From IMG/VR virus record IMGVR_UViG_3300022187_000028, positions 2,758-66,757 of that record: a stretch of 64,000 bases of DNA. The stretch is one strand, 5' to 3'. This DNA is from a virus. The position numbers and the translations under genes were made by a program. How positions within the stretch are numbered: position 1 is the first letter of the stretch; each line of letters begins with the position of its first letter. Shown here in pieces: positions 35,825-44,298 of this stretch. Under the pieces are notes generated by a model. It searched no databases. It saw only the letters and a list, made by a program, of their open reading frames with translations, and was not told the origin of the DNA.

Positions 35825-36411
35825 GCAAAACTGGAGATTGGTACATTAGAGTACATGGAGAAGACGACGATAGACATGATTGGGGCGAAGCAGAAGCAGA
35901 CCACGAAGCACACTGTCAAGGTCTAATAGAGAACTTGATTCGCCCTAGTTTCAATGGAGTTTGGTCCGAGACAGAGTTTCTCAATGCCATTTGGAAGGCA
36001 TCTACTGAAATCCTTAATGGATTAGAAGTACAAGTCGTTGTGGATGGTAAGGATAATCTACACATTTCCTTTGGCACGGCTGGCTTTGTTTCCTTCAAAG
36101 TTGACCCTGTTGGAATGACTCTACCAATTAAGTGTTGGATTCACACCCATCCTTTCGGCTCTGCTTACTTTAGTGGTACTGATTGGAATACTGTTGGTAA
36201 GTGGGAGCCTTTGATGCACAACGCTATTGTTCTAGGCGGCATAGGCCACTATGGTATTTGGAATAATAAGCACCCCGAACAACTACACATCTATCGTGAC
36301 TTTGAGTGGGAGCGAAAGCAGATTAAGCGAGCCTACGCACCTAAAGAGATTAAGACTAGTATTAATGAGATGTTACTAGAGAAGAATTGGGATAGAGGCG
36401 AAGAAGAATGA
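35821..36411 (+). CDS. JAB/MPN+ (JAMM) metallo-isopeptidase
   Basis: E...WIHTHPFGSAYFSGTD matches E-xn-HxH-x7-S-x2-D. Confidence 0.85.
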   Translation: MSKTGDWYIRVHGEDDDRHDWGEAEADHEAHCQGLIENLIRPSFNGVWSETEFLNAIWKASTEILNGLEVQVVVDGKDNLHISFGTAGFVSFKVDPVGMTLPIKCWIHTHPFGSAYFSGTDWNTVGKWEPLMHNAIVLGGIGHYGIWNNKHPEQLHIYRDFEWERKQIKRAYAPKEIKTSINEMLLEKNWDRGEEE

Positions 36412-36605
36412 TTGACACAGACAAATACGAACGAAGACTTCGAGAGGCGCAACCATTCAATCACTTAGCATGGGAACTGATACAAGAAGTCAAGCGGTTG
36501 CGTGAAGAAATCGAGAGGATAGCAGGGATAACCAACGGTTATGTCGGACCAACTAAAGCATGGGCTGAACACATAACAAAAGACCTATTGGCGGTGATTG
36601 AATGA
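36408..36605 (+). CDS. Small coiled-coil protein, paralog 1
   Basis: MIDTDKYE...EVKRLR. Confidence 0.62.
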   Translation: MIDTDKYERRLREAQPFNHLAWELIQEVKRLREEIERIAGITNGYVGPTKAWAEHITKDLLAVIE

Positions 36606-36823
36606 TTGACACAGACAAATACGAAAAAGCCTATGAAGAATGGATTTTGATGGAAGAACCAATGGGTTCTTTTCAAGAATTCCTATTTGTAGAATATCAA
36701 AAGGCACACGCAGAAGTCAAGCGTTTGCGTAAAGAACTAAACAAATACAAAAACAGATACATCAAGATGACTGAATTAGTAAGTGATGAGGAACTCGCAG
36801 AATGGTGGAGTGATGAAGAATGA
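36602..36823 (+). CDS. Small coiled-coil protein, paralog 2
   Basis: MIDTDKYE...EVKRLR. Confidence 0.62.
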   Translation: MIDTDKYEKAYEEWILMEEPMGSFQEFLFVEYQKAHAEVKRLRKELNKYKNRYIKMTELVSDEELAEWWSDEE

Positions 36824-37410
36824 ATATATTTGCACTAACTAAAGACCCAGTACTATCAGCACAGCAAATGCTGGACAAGCATGTAGTAAAAATGCCAACA
36901 GAAAGTTGTCAAATGTTGCACACCAATACTCTTTACTTCCACTATGTAAGTATCTATGGTGTTAAGCCAACTCTTGCAGAGTTGAAGAAGTTTCATGCAC
37001 ACCTCAATTCTAAGTTGATGAAACCTGCTATGTTAAATCACCCTAGTACTATTTGGGCTAGACAGAACAAAGCAAATTACATGTGGCTATACAATCATGC
37101 TGTTGCGCTTTGTAAAGAATATACATTTAGGTATGGTAAGATTCACGGAGCAGAAAAAAGAATTGGAGATAGTTTTACTTTCTCTTATGACGAAGAAGAC
37201 TTGACTCCTGTATCTATTGCTATGGCTGATATTTACCGCTTACCTAAAGAAAAACACAGTTGGGACTTTGTTATCAAGTCATATCGCCACTACTACCTAC
37301 AAGGTAAGTGGGACTTCGCCACTTGGAAAAAGAATAGAAGGCCGGAATGGTGGCCTGAAAACCACTACCATAACATGATAAAAAACAGAAAGCCCTTTGG
37401 AGGCAATTGA
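36820..37410 (+). CDS. Pyrimidine-dimer DNA glycosylase (DenV-like) family protein
   Basis: MNIF...DP...DKHVVKMPTESCQML, NHPSTIW, EYTFRYGKIH. Confidence 0.78.
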   Translation: MNIFALTKDPVLSAQQMLDKHVVKMPTESCQMLHTNTLYFHYVSIYGVKPTLAELKKFHAHLNSKLMKPAMLNHPSTIWARQNKANYMWLYNHAVALCKEYTFRYGKIHGAEKRIGDSFTFSYDEEDLTPVSIAMADIYRLPKEKHSWDFVIKSYRHYYLQGKWDFATWKKNRRPEWWPENHYHNMIKNRKPFGGN

Positions 37411-37630
37411 AATGAAATACACACATGAAGATATTGGAAAGATTGTAGAAATAAAAACAGAAAACGGACATTACATTGATGAGAGAATAGTCACTACTTA
37501 CTGTAGTGTTTGTGGTGCTTCTTTCATAGGAACTATTAGAGAAGCAGGTGGGTTTATTGCTGGCCATGCTTCATTTCACACTTGGGAATTTCAAATGGAA
37601 ATGGAAGCCGACAATGGAATGACTGCTTAA
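37397..37630 (+). CDS. Small C2H2-like Zn-finger protein
   Basis: CSVC...HASFH. Confidence 0.6.
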   Translation: MEAIEMKYTHEDIGKIVEIKTENGHYIDERIVTTYCSVCGASFIGTIREAGGFIAGHASFHTWEFQMEMEADNGMTA

Positions 37631-37667
37631 TATTGTAGGTTAAATACTGATTGGAGATGAGATAATT

Positions 37668-37886
37668 ATGAGAGCAATTGGAGAATGGGTTATACTGAAA
37701 ACAGAAGAAGTTCTTAGCGAAAGTGGCATTGTTTCTATCAATGACAACATTGCATTGGTACATGACTGCCAAAAAGACGGTAGCCTAATTGGAAAGAAAG
37801 CGATTTACAATGCAGAAAATAAGCATTTTACTTACAATGAATTTACTATCGTTAGGATGGAAGATATTATGGCGGTGATTGAGTGA
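37668..37886 (+). CDS. groES: GroES-like co-chaperonin
   Basis: MRAIGEWVILK...SESGIV...EDIMAVIE directly upstream of groEL. Confidence 0.75.
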   Translation: MRAIGEWVILKTEEVLSESGIVSINDNIALVHDCQKDGSLIGKKAIYNAENKHFTYNEFTIVRMEDIMAVIE

Positions 37887-39421
37887 TTCTAAACGGAAAT
37901 GAAGTAGGGGAGAAACTACTGGAGGGTATTAGTTTAGTCGCTGATACTGTAGCCCCAACATTTGGGCCACAAGCGAAGACAGTTATTCTACAAGGCAACC
38001 CTCCGGTTGTCATAAATGACGGAGTGACTATCACTAAATATGTTCGTTCCGAGGACCCCTATGTTCAATTGGGGGTACAACTAGTTCAAGACCTAGCATC
38101 GAAAGCCCAATCAAAGGCGGGTGATGGTACTACTACCGCCTGTATTTTGGCTAGAGCATTGTGTAAGTCTCTACATAGATTTAGAGATGCTAGAAGTATT
38201 CACGAATGGAGAAACTACCTAACAGAGGTTAGAGATGGTCTTCTTGGTTATTTGGATAGTAGAAGTATCCCCGTCGCTGATGATGATATTCAAAAGATTG
38301 CTACTATTGCGGCCAACAACGATGAAAAACTGGGCGAACTTATTGCCGAGGTTTTCAAAGCAGTTGGCAGAAACGGAGTAGTTTCTGTCGAAGAAAGTTT
38401 AGACTTGAATACTTCTTTTGAAATTAAAGAAGGATTAGAATTAGAGAGCGGCTACATTAGTCACTTGTTTGCTAATCGAGATAATGGAGATTGTGTTCTA
38501 GAGAATCCACTCATCTTATCCACTAACAAAATCATTAGAAAGTTCCAAGACATTTTACCTGCTTGTGAATATGCTTCACAGAAAGGAAGGCCTCTACTAT
38601 TAGTCTGTAGAGGATTGCAGAACCTAGCACTACAAAATGTACTATTGAATGTAGCACAAGGTAGGCTCGATGTAGGAGTAATTGAAACTCCAAACTATGG
38701 TGACGCCCAACTAGACGAACTAAAGGATTTGATTGCAGTAGTGGGTGGTAAAGCCTATGCAGAAGAAGCAGACGACGACCTAAGAATAGTCAATGAGAAT
38801 ACTCTAGGTAGTTGCACTAAAGTTGTGATTGATAAAGTCAAGACTACTATCATTGGTGGGGACGGAGGAGAGGCAGTTGTTGAAAGAATAGAAGCCTTGA
38901 GAAAACTTCACGAATTGGGTACGAATGACTTTGTGAAAGAAAGCATCTCTAAAAGAATCTCTAGACTTAGTGGGGGTATCGCAGTAATCCGTGTAGGTGC
39001 TGGTTCTTCTGTTGAAATGAGAGATACTAAGGAGAGGCTTGACGATGCGCTTAACGCAACCAAGGCCGCACTAGACGGCGGTTATATTGTGGGCGGTGGA
39101 CTCACTATCCTAAGGTTCCAACAACATTGGCCTCAAGAAAAAAATATTGACCATGAAATGTCAATGGCAACACTCCTATCTCCAATAGATACCCTCATGG
39201 GTAATAGTGAGTTTCCTCTAGCCAATTATGACATTGTAATAAATCGTTGGATTGAAGGTAAGCAAGGTTGGCAAGGATTCAATGCCAAGAAAGTTGCTGT
39301 TAGTGATTTATTGGTCGATGGAATTATTGACCCAACTCTTGTCACAAAGAGTAGCATTTCTGCGGCCTTCTCTATTGCGATGATGTTTTTAACAACCGAT
39401 GTAGCAGTACTTCTTGAGTGA
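37883..39421 (+). CDS. groEL: Group I chaperonin, GroEL-like
   Basis: FGP, NDGVTI, AGDGTTT, LSGGIAVIRVGA, DDALNATKAA, GIIDP. Confidence 0.92.
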   Translation: MILNGNEVGEKLLEGISLVADTVAPTFGPQAKTVILQGNPPVVINDGVTITKYVRSEDPYVQLGVQLVQDLASKAQSKAGDGTTTACILARALCKSLHRFRDARSIHEWRNYLTEVRDGLLGYLDSRSIPVADDDIQKIATIAANNDEKLGELIAEVFKAVGRNGVVSVEESLDLNTSFEIKEGLELESGYISHLFANRDNGDCVLENPLILSTNKIIRKFQDILPACEYASQKGRPLLLVCRGLQNLALQNVLLNVAQGRLDVGVIETPNYGDAQLDELKDLIAVVGGKAYAEEADDDLRIVNENTLGSCTKVVIDKVKTTIIGGDGGEAVVERIEALRKLHELGTNDFVKESISKRISRLSGGIAVIRVGAGSSVEMRDTKERLDDALNATKAALDGGYIVGGGLTILRFQQHWPQEKNIDHEMSMATLLSPIDTLMGNSEFPLANYDIVINRWIEGKQGWQGFNAKKVAVSDLLVDGIIDPTLVTKSSISAAFSIAMMFLTTDVAVLLE

Positions 39422-39824
39422 TACTATGAAGAGAGCCGTGACCGTGACCTTACCTGCCCCTTATGCGGCAGAAATAGCCTGTCCTATATGTGAGGGGAAC
39501 AAGTGCCTTGTCTGTAAAATGACAGGGACAATGAAGATTAAGGTCGCACCAAAGATACCAATACAAAGAGCGCACATCATCAAGTATGTGGTTGATAACT
39601 TAGTAGAGGTATCCGCAGAAGTCACAAGAATGTACGGTTTAGTTCCGGAGATAAACACTACTGAAATGGTTGAGGTCAATGGAGAGCAATACGAGATTGT
39701 TCAAATTTCAAGTATGGGTGGGGCTTGTTGGATTGCCAACTGCCTATCTAATTTAGAATCCCCTCAATACTTCACTAGTAGAAAGGCCCTTACTACCTTC
39801 AAGGAGGGAATGCAAATTGAGTGA
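39414..39824 (+). CDS. Protein with CxxCxGxxCxxC Zn finger
   Basis: CPICEGNKCLVC. Confidence 0.62.
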   Translation: MSDTMKRAVTVTLPAPYAAEIACPICEGNKCLVCKMTGTMKIKVAPKIPIQRAHIIKYVVDNLVEVSAEVTRMYGLVPEINTTEMVEVNGEQYEIVQISSMGGACWIANCLSNLESPQYFTSRKALTTFKEGMQIE

Positions 39825-40020
39825 ACTAGCATTCGTAGGAGAGATACCTAGAAACAGCGAAGACTCGATAAGAGTCTACCAAGGAAACTATTGGAAGATT
39901 GATGTAATAGATTTTCGTTGGTATAAAAATGATAAGCCTACTAAGAAAGGGATACGAATGAACAAAGAGGAAGCCTTACTTCTATATCATATGCTAGGAG
40001 AAATATTGGAGGAAGACTAA
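39817..40020 (+). CDS. PC4/Sub1-like ssDNA-binding protein
   Basis: IDFRWY...KPTKKGI. Confidence 0.75.
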   Translation: MSELAFVGEIPRNSEDSIRVYQGNYWKIDVIDFRWYKNDKPTKKGIRMNKEEALLLYHMLGEILEED

Positions 40021-40379
40021 TGAGGACATTGAGAAACAGAACTAAGCAGAAGAACTTTGTAAGTTGGTGTAAGACTGTAGAAGTATCAGCAGAATTACCA
40101 CATAAGGAAAGAATGGCCTTCACTGAATCTTGGCCAGTGGTTGCCAATTCAAATGATTTGATAAGAGGAGCGTTTGTTTCCCATTGGAGTCTAATTCTAG
40201 GTGGAGAAATAAATCACATAGCATTGCCTGTGACTATTGGAACTCTAACCTTTATGCAGTACGCCGCAGAACAACAAGGTCTTAATGACCTATCGAATAC
40301 AATCAATACTATGATTGCTAACATACCTAGAATACATAATGAGATTCTTTCGGATGGGGAAGAAAATGAAGAAGAGTGA
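40020..40379 (+). CDS. Hypothetical protein
   Basis: 119 aa. Confidence 0.6.
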   Translation: MRTLRNRTKQKNFVSWCKTVEVSAELPHKERMAFTESWPVVANSNDLIRGAFVSHWSLILGGEINHIALPVTIGTLTFMQYAAEQQGLNDLSNTINTMIANIPRIHNEILSDGEENEEE

Positions 40380-40611
40380 ATGGATTGAACTAGCGAGTTA
40401 TCTTTGGTTTCTTAAAAAAATGAAGCAAGGCAAATACGAACACATAGAAGAACTGATTAGACTTGTCAATGCTAAAATATTTACTGCTGGAATAGAAGAA
40501 GCAAAGGTGGAAGACAATGACGATGAGCCACTTAGCAAGACTTTGCGAAACTATGCAGAAGAAAACATCAGCACAACAGACTCGTCTAATTCTGCAAGCA
40601 TTTGGAAATAA
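40366..40611 (+). CDS. Hypothetical protein
   Basis: Probable start MKKSEW; 3' end overlaps the ligase-like gene. Confidence 0.45.
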   Translation: MKKSEWIELASYLWFLKKMKQGKYEHIEELIRLVNAKIFTAGIEEAKVEDNDDEPLSKTLRNYAEENISTTDSSNSASIWK

Positions 40612-42022
40612 GCATATTCAACCTTTACAATTACTAAAGATTCTAACTCTAGACTTGGATAGTTCCCATATTGGTAAGCATAAAACAAAGAAGTGGATTT
40701 GTGAACACTTTGGTATATTTCTAGAAGAGTTAGAGATATACGGCGATGACTTAGGAAAGGGTGTATTCAATCTAGAAAGAGATAAACAGAAGACAGCCGA
40801 CTATAGCCTAAACATGGTCATGCGACTTCTAGAATTAGATTGCAGACAGAAAGGTTCCTTTGAATTATTCTCCGAAGTACTAGAAAGTCTTTCTTCACTT
40901 GAGAGAAAATGGTTCATTTCTTTTTGGTTAAGAGAACCTAGATTGAAGATGGACAAAAATAGAATTGTAATTAATTGCCTAAGCAAATATTTCAACTTAG
41001 AACGGGCTTCTGTTGAAAAGGATTCTAAAATGCACGAACTAGATACTATGTACCATGCTTATTCTAATAAAAGAAAACTTAGGAATGTTTCTACTCATGG
41101 ATTATTTATTCCACCTATGTTAGCAAAGTCTAATACTAAATGGAGCGTGTATAAACAACCTACTAATTCTATTTGTGAATATAGATATGGTGGAATAAGA
41201 ATACAGATTCACAAGAAAAAAGATAACACTATCTTCTTCAACAGAAAAGGCAAAATACTCACCTTACCATTGAAAATGAAAAACTACATATGCGATTCAT
41301 CATCCGACTTTATTTTGGACGCAGAACTCTATTGCGTAGACTCGGACGAAAAACCAATGGACTACTATGAAGTCTTGAAGGTGCTTCACAACAACCATAC
41401 TCAAACACAGGACAATCTAAGGTGTGTAATTTTAGACTGCCTATCAAAGGATGGGAGATGTATGCTGAATTTGCCCTTTGTGGATAGGCTCAAGGCAATG
41501 GAAGACCTACCCTCCCCTCCCACTAGGTCGGATGAAAACGAAGACTCTAAGGCATTCTACAACCAAGCAATTAGTGAAGGGTTTGATGGCATCATCATTA
41601 GGGACTTAGATGCTAAGTATCTTCCTAATGAAAAGAGCGTATCAGTGGTGATACATTCCCCACCTAGAATAGATTTAAACTTGGTAGTCATAGGAGCGAA
41701 AATAAATTCTAAGAATGACTTTTCGAGTTTTGAAATAGCATGTAGAAAGGAAAGTGGATATGTTTCTCTTGGATTTGTTTCTGGGCTTTCAGCGATAAAT
41801 CATAAACTTCTTTCTAATATGCTGAGAAAACTAGTTTCTTCATTTAAGAATGAAAAATATTCTTTCCTACCTAGAGTAGTCCTGCATGTGAAAGCAGAAA
41901 TGATAATGAAAAGGGACGACAAATATTCTCTAAGATTGCCTAGGATACACGCAATACGAAGTGATAAGTATGCAATAGACGCTACTACAATACAAGAAGT
42001 CGATGCAATAGGGGGCTTTTAA
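40517..42022 (+). CDS. ATP-dependent DNA ligase homolog with substituted catalytic residues
   Basis: PMLAK, EYRYGGIRIQIH (motif I), FILDAE, EGFDGIIIR, SLRLPRI. Confidence 0.85.
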   Translation: MTMSHLARLCETMQKKTSAQQTRLILQAFGNKHIQPLQLLKILTLDLDSSHIGKHKTKKWICEHFGIFLEELEIYGDDLGKGVFNLERDKQKTADYSLNMVMRLLELDCRQKGSFELFSEVLESLSSLERKWFISFWLREPRLKMDKNRIVINCLSKYFNLERASVEKDSKMHELDTMYHAYSNKRKLRNVSTHGLFIPPMLAKSNTKWSVYKQPTNSICEYRYGGIRIQIHKKKDNTIFFNRKGKILTLPLKMKNYICDSSSDFILDAELYCVDSDEKPMDYYEVLKVLHNNHTQTQDNLRCVILDCLSKDGRCMLNLPFVDRLKAMEDLPSPPTRSDENEDSKAFYNQAISEGFDGIIIRDLDAKYLPNEKSVSVVIHSPPRIDLNLVVIGAKINSKNDFSSFEIACRKESGYVSLGFVSGLSAINHKLLSNMLRKLVSSFKNEKYSFLPRVVLHVKAEMIMKRDDKYSLRLPRIHAIRSDKYAIDATTIQEVDAIGGF

Positions 42023-42097
42023 ATTAACTGTAGCGCAGAAGATTTAATTCGTGAATTTGGTGAGGCAACTCAATTTGTCTTTAGTTTAGATAGAGAA

Positions 42098-42346
42098 ATG
42101 AAGACTAAGGATGCCTTTCTAATAGGGCAAGTCAATAAAGAAATGATGGGAAGAAGAGAAATGGCAGTCAAGAGTACTATCCATCTAGAAGAGATAAGTG
42201 GCAAATATGGCTCTTATGAAGGATACATGGTGGTCACAATATCCGGAAATCAACTAGATGCAGAAGCCTTTATCCTAGCCAATATTGTCTCTACAATACA
42301 ACAGAAATACGAATACATAGGGGCAGTGGTTCGTAGTGCTGAATAA
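42098..42346 (+). CDS. Hypothetical protein
   Basis: 82 aa; true start may lie upstream. Confidence 0.5.
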   Translation: MKTKDAFLIGQVNKEMMGRREMAVKSTIHLEEISGKYGSYEGYMVVTISGNQLDAEAFILANIVSTIQQKYEYIGAVVRSAE

Positions 42347-42752
42347 GAATATCTTGGTGGGTATTCTTTTGTGCAAGCCAGCATATAACATAGAATTGTT
42401 TAGAAGTCCAAATTCTAGACTAGGCTATAGTGTTAGACCTCTCATAATAATAAGAGGTAATTTGCCTCTTCTTCATCAAATCAATAGAACTCTTTCTCTC
42501 TACGGAATAGTCAATTCTGTAAAAGAAGTCGAAAACAAAAAAAGACCAAAACCAATATTGGTAATTAGGGGCATTGAAAACAATGCAAAGACGATGGCTC
42601 TTATTCCCGAACACCTATTACAACTACAAAATCATATTCAAGAACACAATGATGTTGTTCAAATGCTAGTTAGAAAGGAACACCTAACGCTAAATGGGAT
42701 AGAAAACATAATGAAAATTAGAGGAATTATAGATGGCACTGACTACGATTGA
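42336..42752 (+). CDS. Degenerate LAGLIDADG-like DNA-binding protein
   Basis: LGYSVRP and KEHLTLNGIENI resemble LAGLIDADG homing endonucleases, but the acidic motif is absent. Confidence 0.55.
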   Translation: MLNKNILVGILLCKPAYNIELFRSPNSRLGYSVRPLIIIRGNLPLLHQINRTLSLYGIVNSVKEVENKKRPKPILVIRGIENNAKTMALIPEHLLQLQNHIQEHNDVVQMLVRKEHLTLNGIENIMKIRGIIDGTDYD

Positions 42753-43578
42753 AAAGAAGAAACCGATAATAATTGTCGGGAAGACAGGAACAGGAAAAAG
42801 CACACAGGCAAAGGAAATGTTGCCTAATGCTATGGTGTTGTATGCTGATGAAATGAAAATACGAGATGTACTTTCCTTTCCATTAGAACTAGGAATTATA
42901 ATTGAAGATGTTCATTACAAACCAAAGACTGATGAAATTCTAAATGTCTTGAGAAAGTACCGAGGTACTATCATACTAACAAGTATAAATCAAAAATCAA
43001 TACCTAATGAAATTAAAAATATGGTTAAGATAAAAAGAGCGGGTAATATAAATTACAGACAAGAGCAATTTGCAGAACTCGCTCCTAGAAGTCAAGAACC
43101 TAATAATTTAGAACGAGATGTATTCTCTTTAGTATTGGACTATCTAAGAGAAAGCGATAGAGAGAAAGTATTAGAACTAATCAAATTCAACAAACCTTCC
43201 GATGTTCAATTCATAAGTTGGCTGGCTGAAAACATTCATCCTAATCGACTACTCTTCATAGATACTATTGTGAAGAGAAGATGGTCACTCGCTTATTTTC
43301 AAGAGATGTTAGCCTACTCTCATAGTGGTAAATCATTCACTAGACCTCGAATGCCACAGCGTAGAGCCTACTCCAAAGTACCTAGTTTCTGTAGAAGATT
43401 AGGATTGAAAGGTGGAGATGAACGCTTACTTAGGCAGTTGCTCAAAGATGAAGACTTTGCCAAGTTCGCTAAGACCAAGTTGAATAATGCAGAATGCAGA
43501 ATACTAGGTCTTGGTGAGAAAAAGAAAAGAAAGACAAAAAAGAAAACAGTAAAGCCAATGGCTTTGGGGGAATTCTAA
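42733..43578 (+). CDS. RFC large-subunit-like AAA+ protein
   Basis: GKTGTGKST, IIEDVH, basic tail ending in PIP-like PMALGEF; near RFC small subunit. Confidence 0.6.
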   Translation: MALTTIEKKKPIIIVGKTGTGKSTQAKEMLPNAMVLYADEMKIRDVLSFPLELGIIIEDVHYKPKTDEILNVLRKYRGTIILTSINQKSIPNEIKNMVKIKRAGNINYRQEQFAELAPRSQEPNNLERDVFSLVLDYLRESDREKVLELIKFNKPSDVQFISWLAENIHPNRLLFIDTIVKRRWSLAYFQEMLAYSHSGKSFTRPRMPQRRAYSKVPSFCRRLGLKGGDERLLRQLLKDEDFAKFAKTKLNNAECRILGLGEKKKRKTKKKTVKPMALGEF

Positions 43579-43766
43579 TGGCAAATGTTGTAGCCATTAG
43601 GCACTTGAAAAAATACTTGAAGAGTGGCCCTAAGACAACAGATGAGATTTACAATCATCTTAATTCTAAACTCAAGTGGGGCATTACTATGTCCGAACTC
43701 AGTAAGATATTACCTAGATATGCTAGTTTAATTTCAATCGAAGAAGGTTGGAGGAATATGAATTGA
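43578..43766 (+). CDS. Winged-helix protein
   Basis: LKSGPKTTDEIYNHL. Confidence 0.62.
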   Translation: MANVVAIRHLKKYLKSGPKTTDEIYNHLNSKLKWGITMSELSKILPRYASLISIEEGWRNMN

Positions 43767-44011
43767 AACACAAAAGATTAACAGAGAGAATAAGAAAATA
43801 TTTGATAGAGAGCGGCCCTAAAGATACTAGAGAAATACACGACTATTGTAATAATTTTAAGAATAATAGGACCGGCTCTAAGTCTAACCATTTCTACATT
43901 CAAAGTATAAATGTTATTGGAAACCTAATGCGAAGAAAATACTTCGTAAAGGTTGGACACAATAAAAAAGCCGCTTTAGATATTTGGGAAGTAAAGGAGG
44001 AATACAAATGA
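43748..44011 (+). CDS. Winged-helix protein (start probably TTG at 43763)
   Basis: KHKRL...ESGPKDTREIHDY...IW. Confidence 0.62.
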   Translation: MEEYELKHKRLTERIRKYLIESGPKDTREIHDYCNNFKNNRTGSKSNHFYIQSINVIGNLMRRKYFVKVGHNKKAALDIWEVKEEYK

Positions 44012-44298
44012 AACACAAAAGACTACAAAATAAAATAATTAAACTATTAGAAAACGAAGGAAGGCCATTGAACACAAAACAAATCGTAGACCATTTATCT
44101 ACCTTGAAAACAACTCAAGTTGTTAAGAGTGACATAGGTACTATTTATCAATACGAATCGGAAACTACTTTTTGGCAACAGAACAAAAGGGTTGTGAGTC
44201 AAATTATGAAAAGAAAACAATTTAACAAGTTAGGTTTCGATGGTGAAACTAAAACTACAGTTTGGGGATTGCGAGGTGTAGCGTATGCTATGGACTGA
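44008..44298 (+). CDS. Winged-helix protein
   Basis: MKHKRL...GRPLNTKQIVDHL...VWGL. Confidence 0.62.
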   Translation: MKHKRLQNKIIKLLENEGRPLNTKQIVDHLSTLKTTQVVKSDIGTIYQYESETTFWQQNKRVVSQIMKRKQFNKLGFDGETKTTVWGLRGVAYAMD

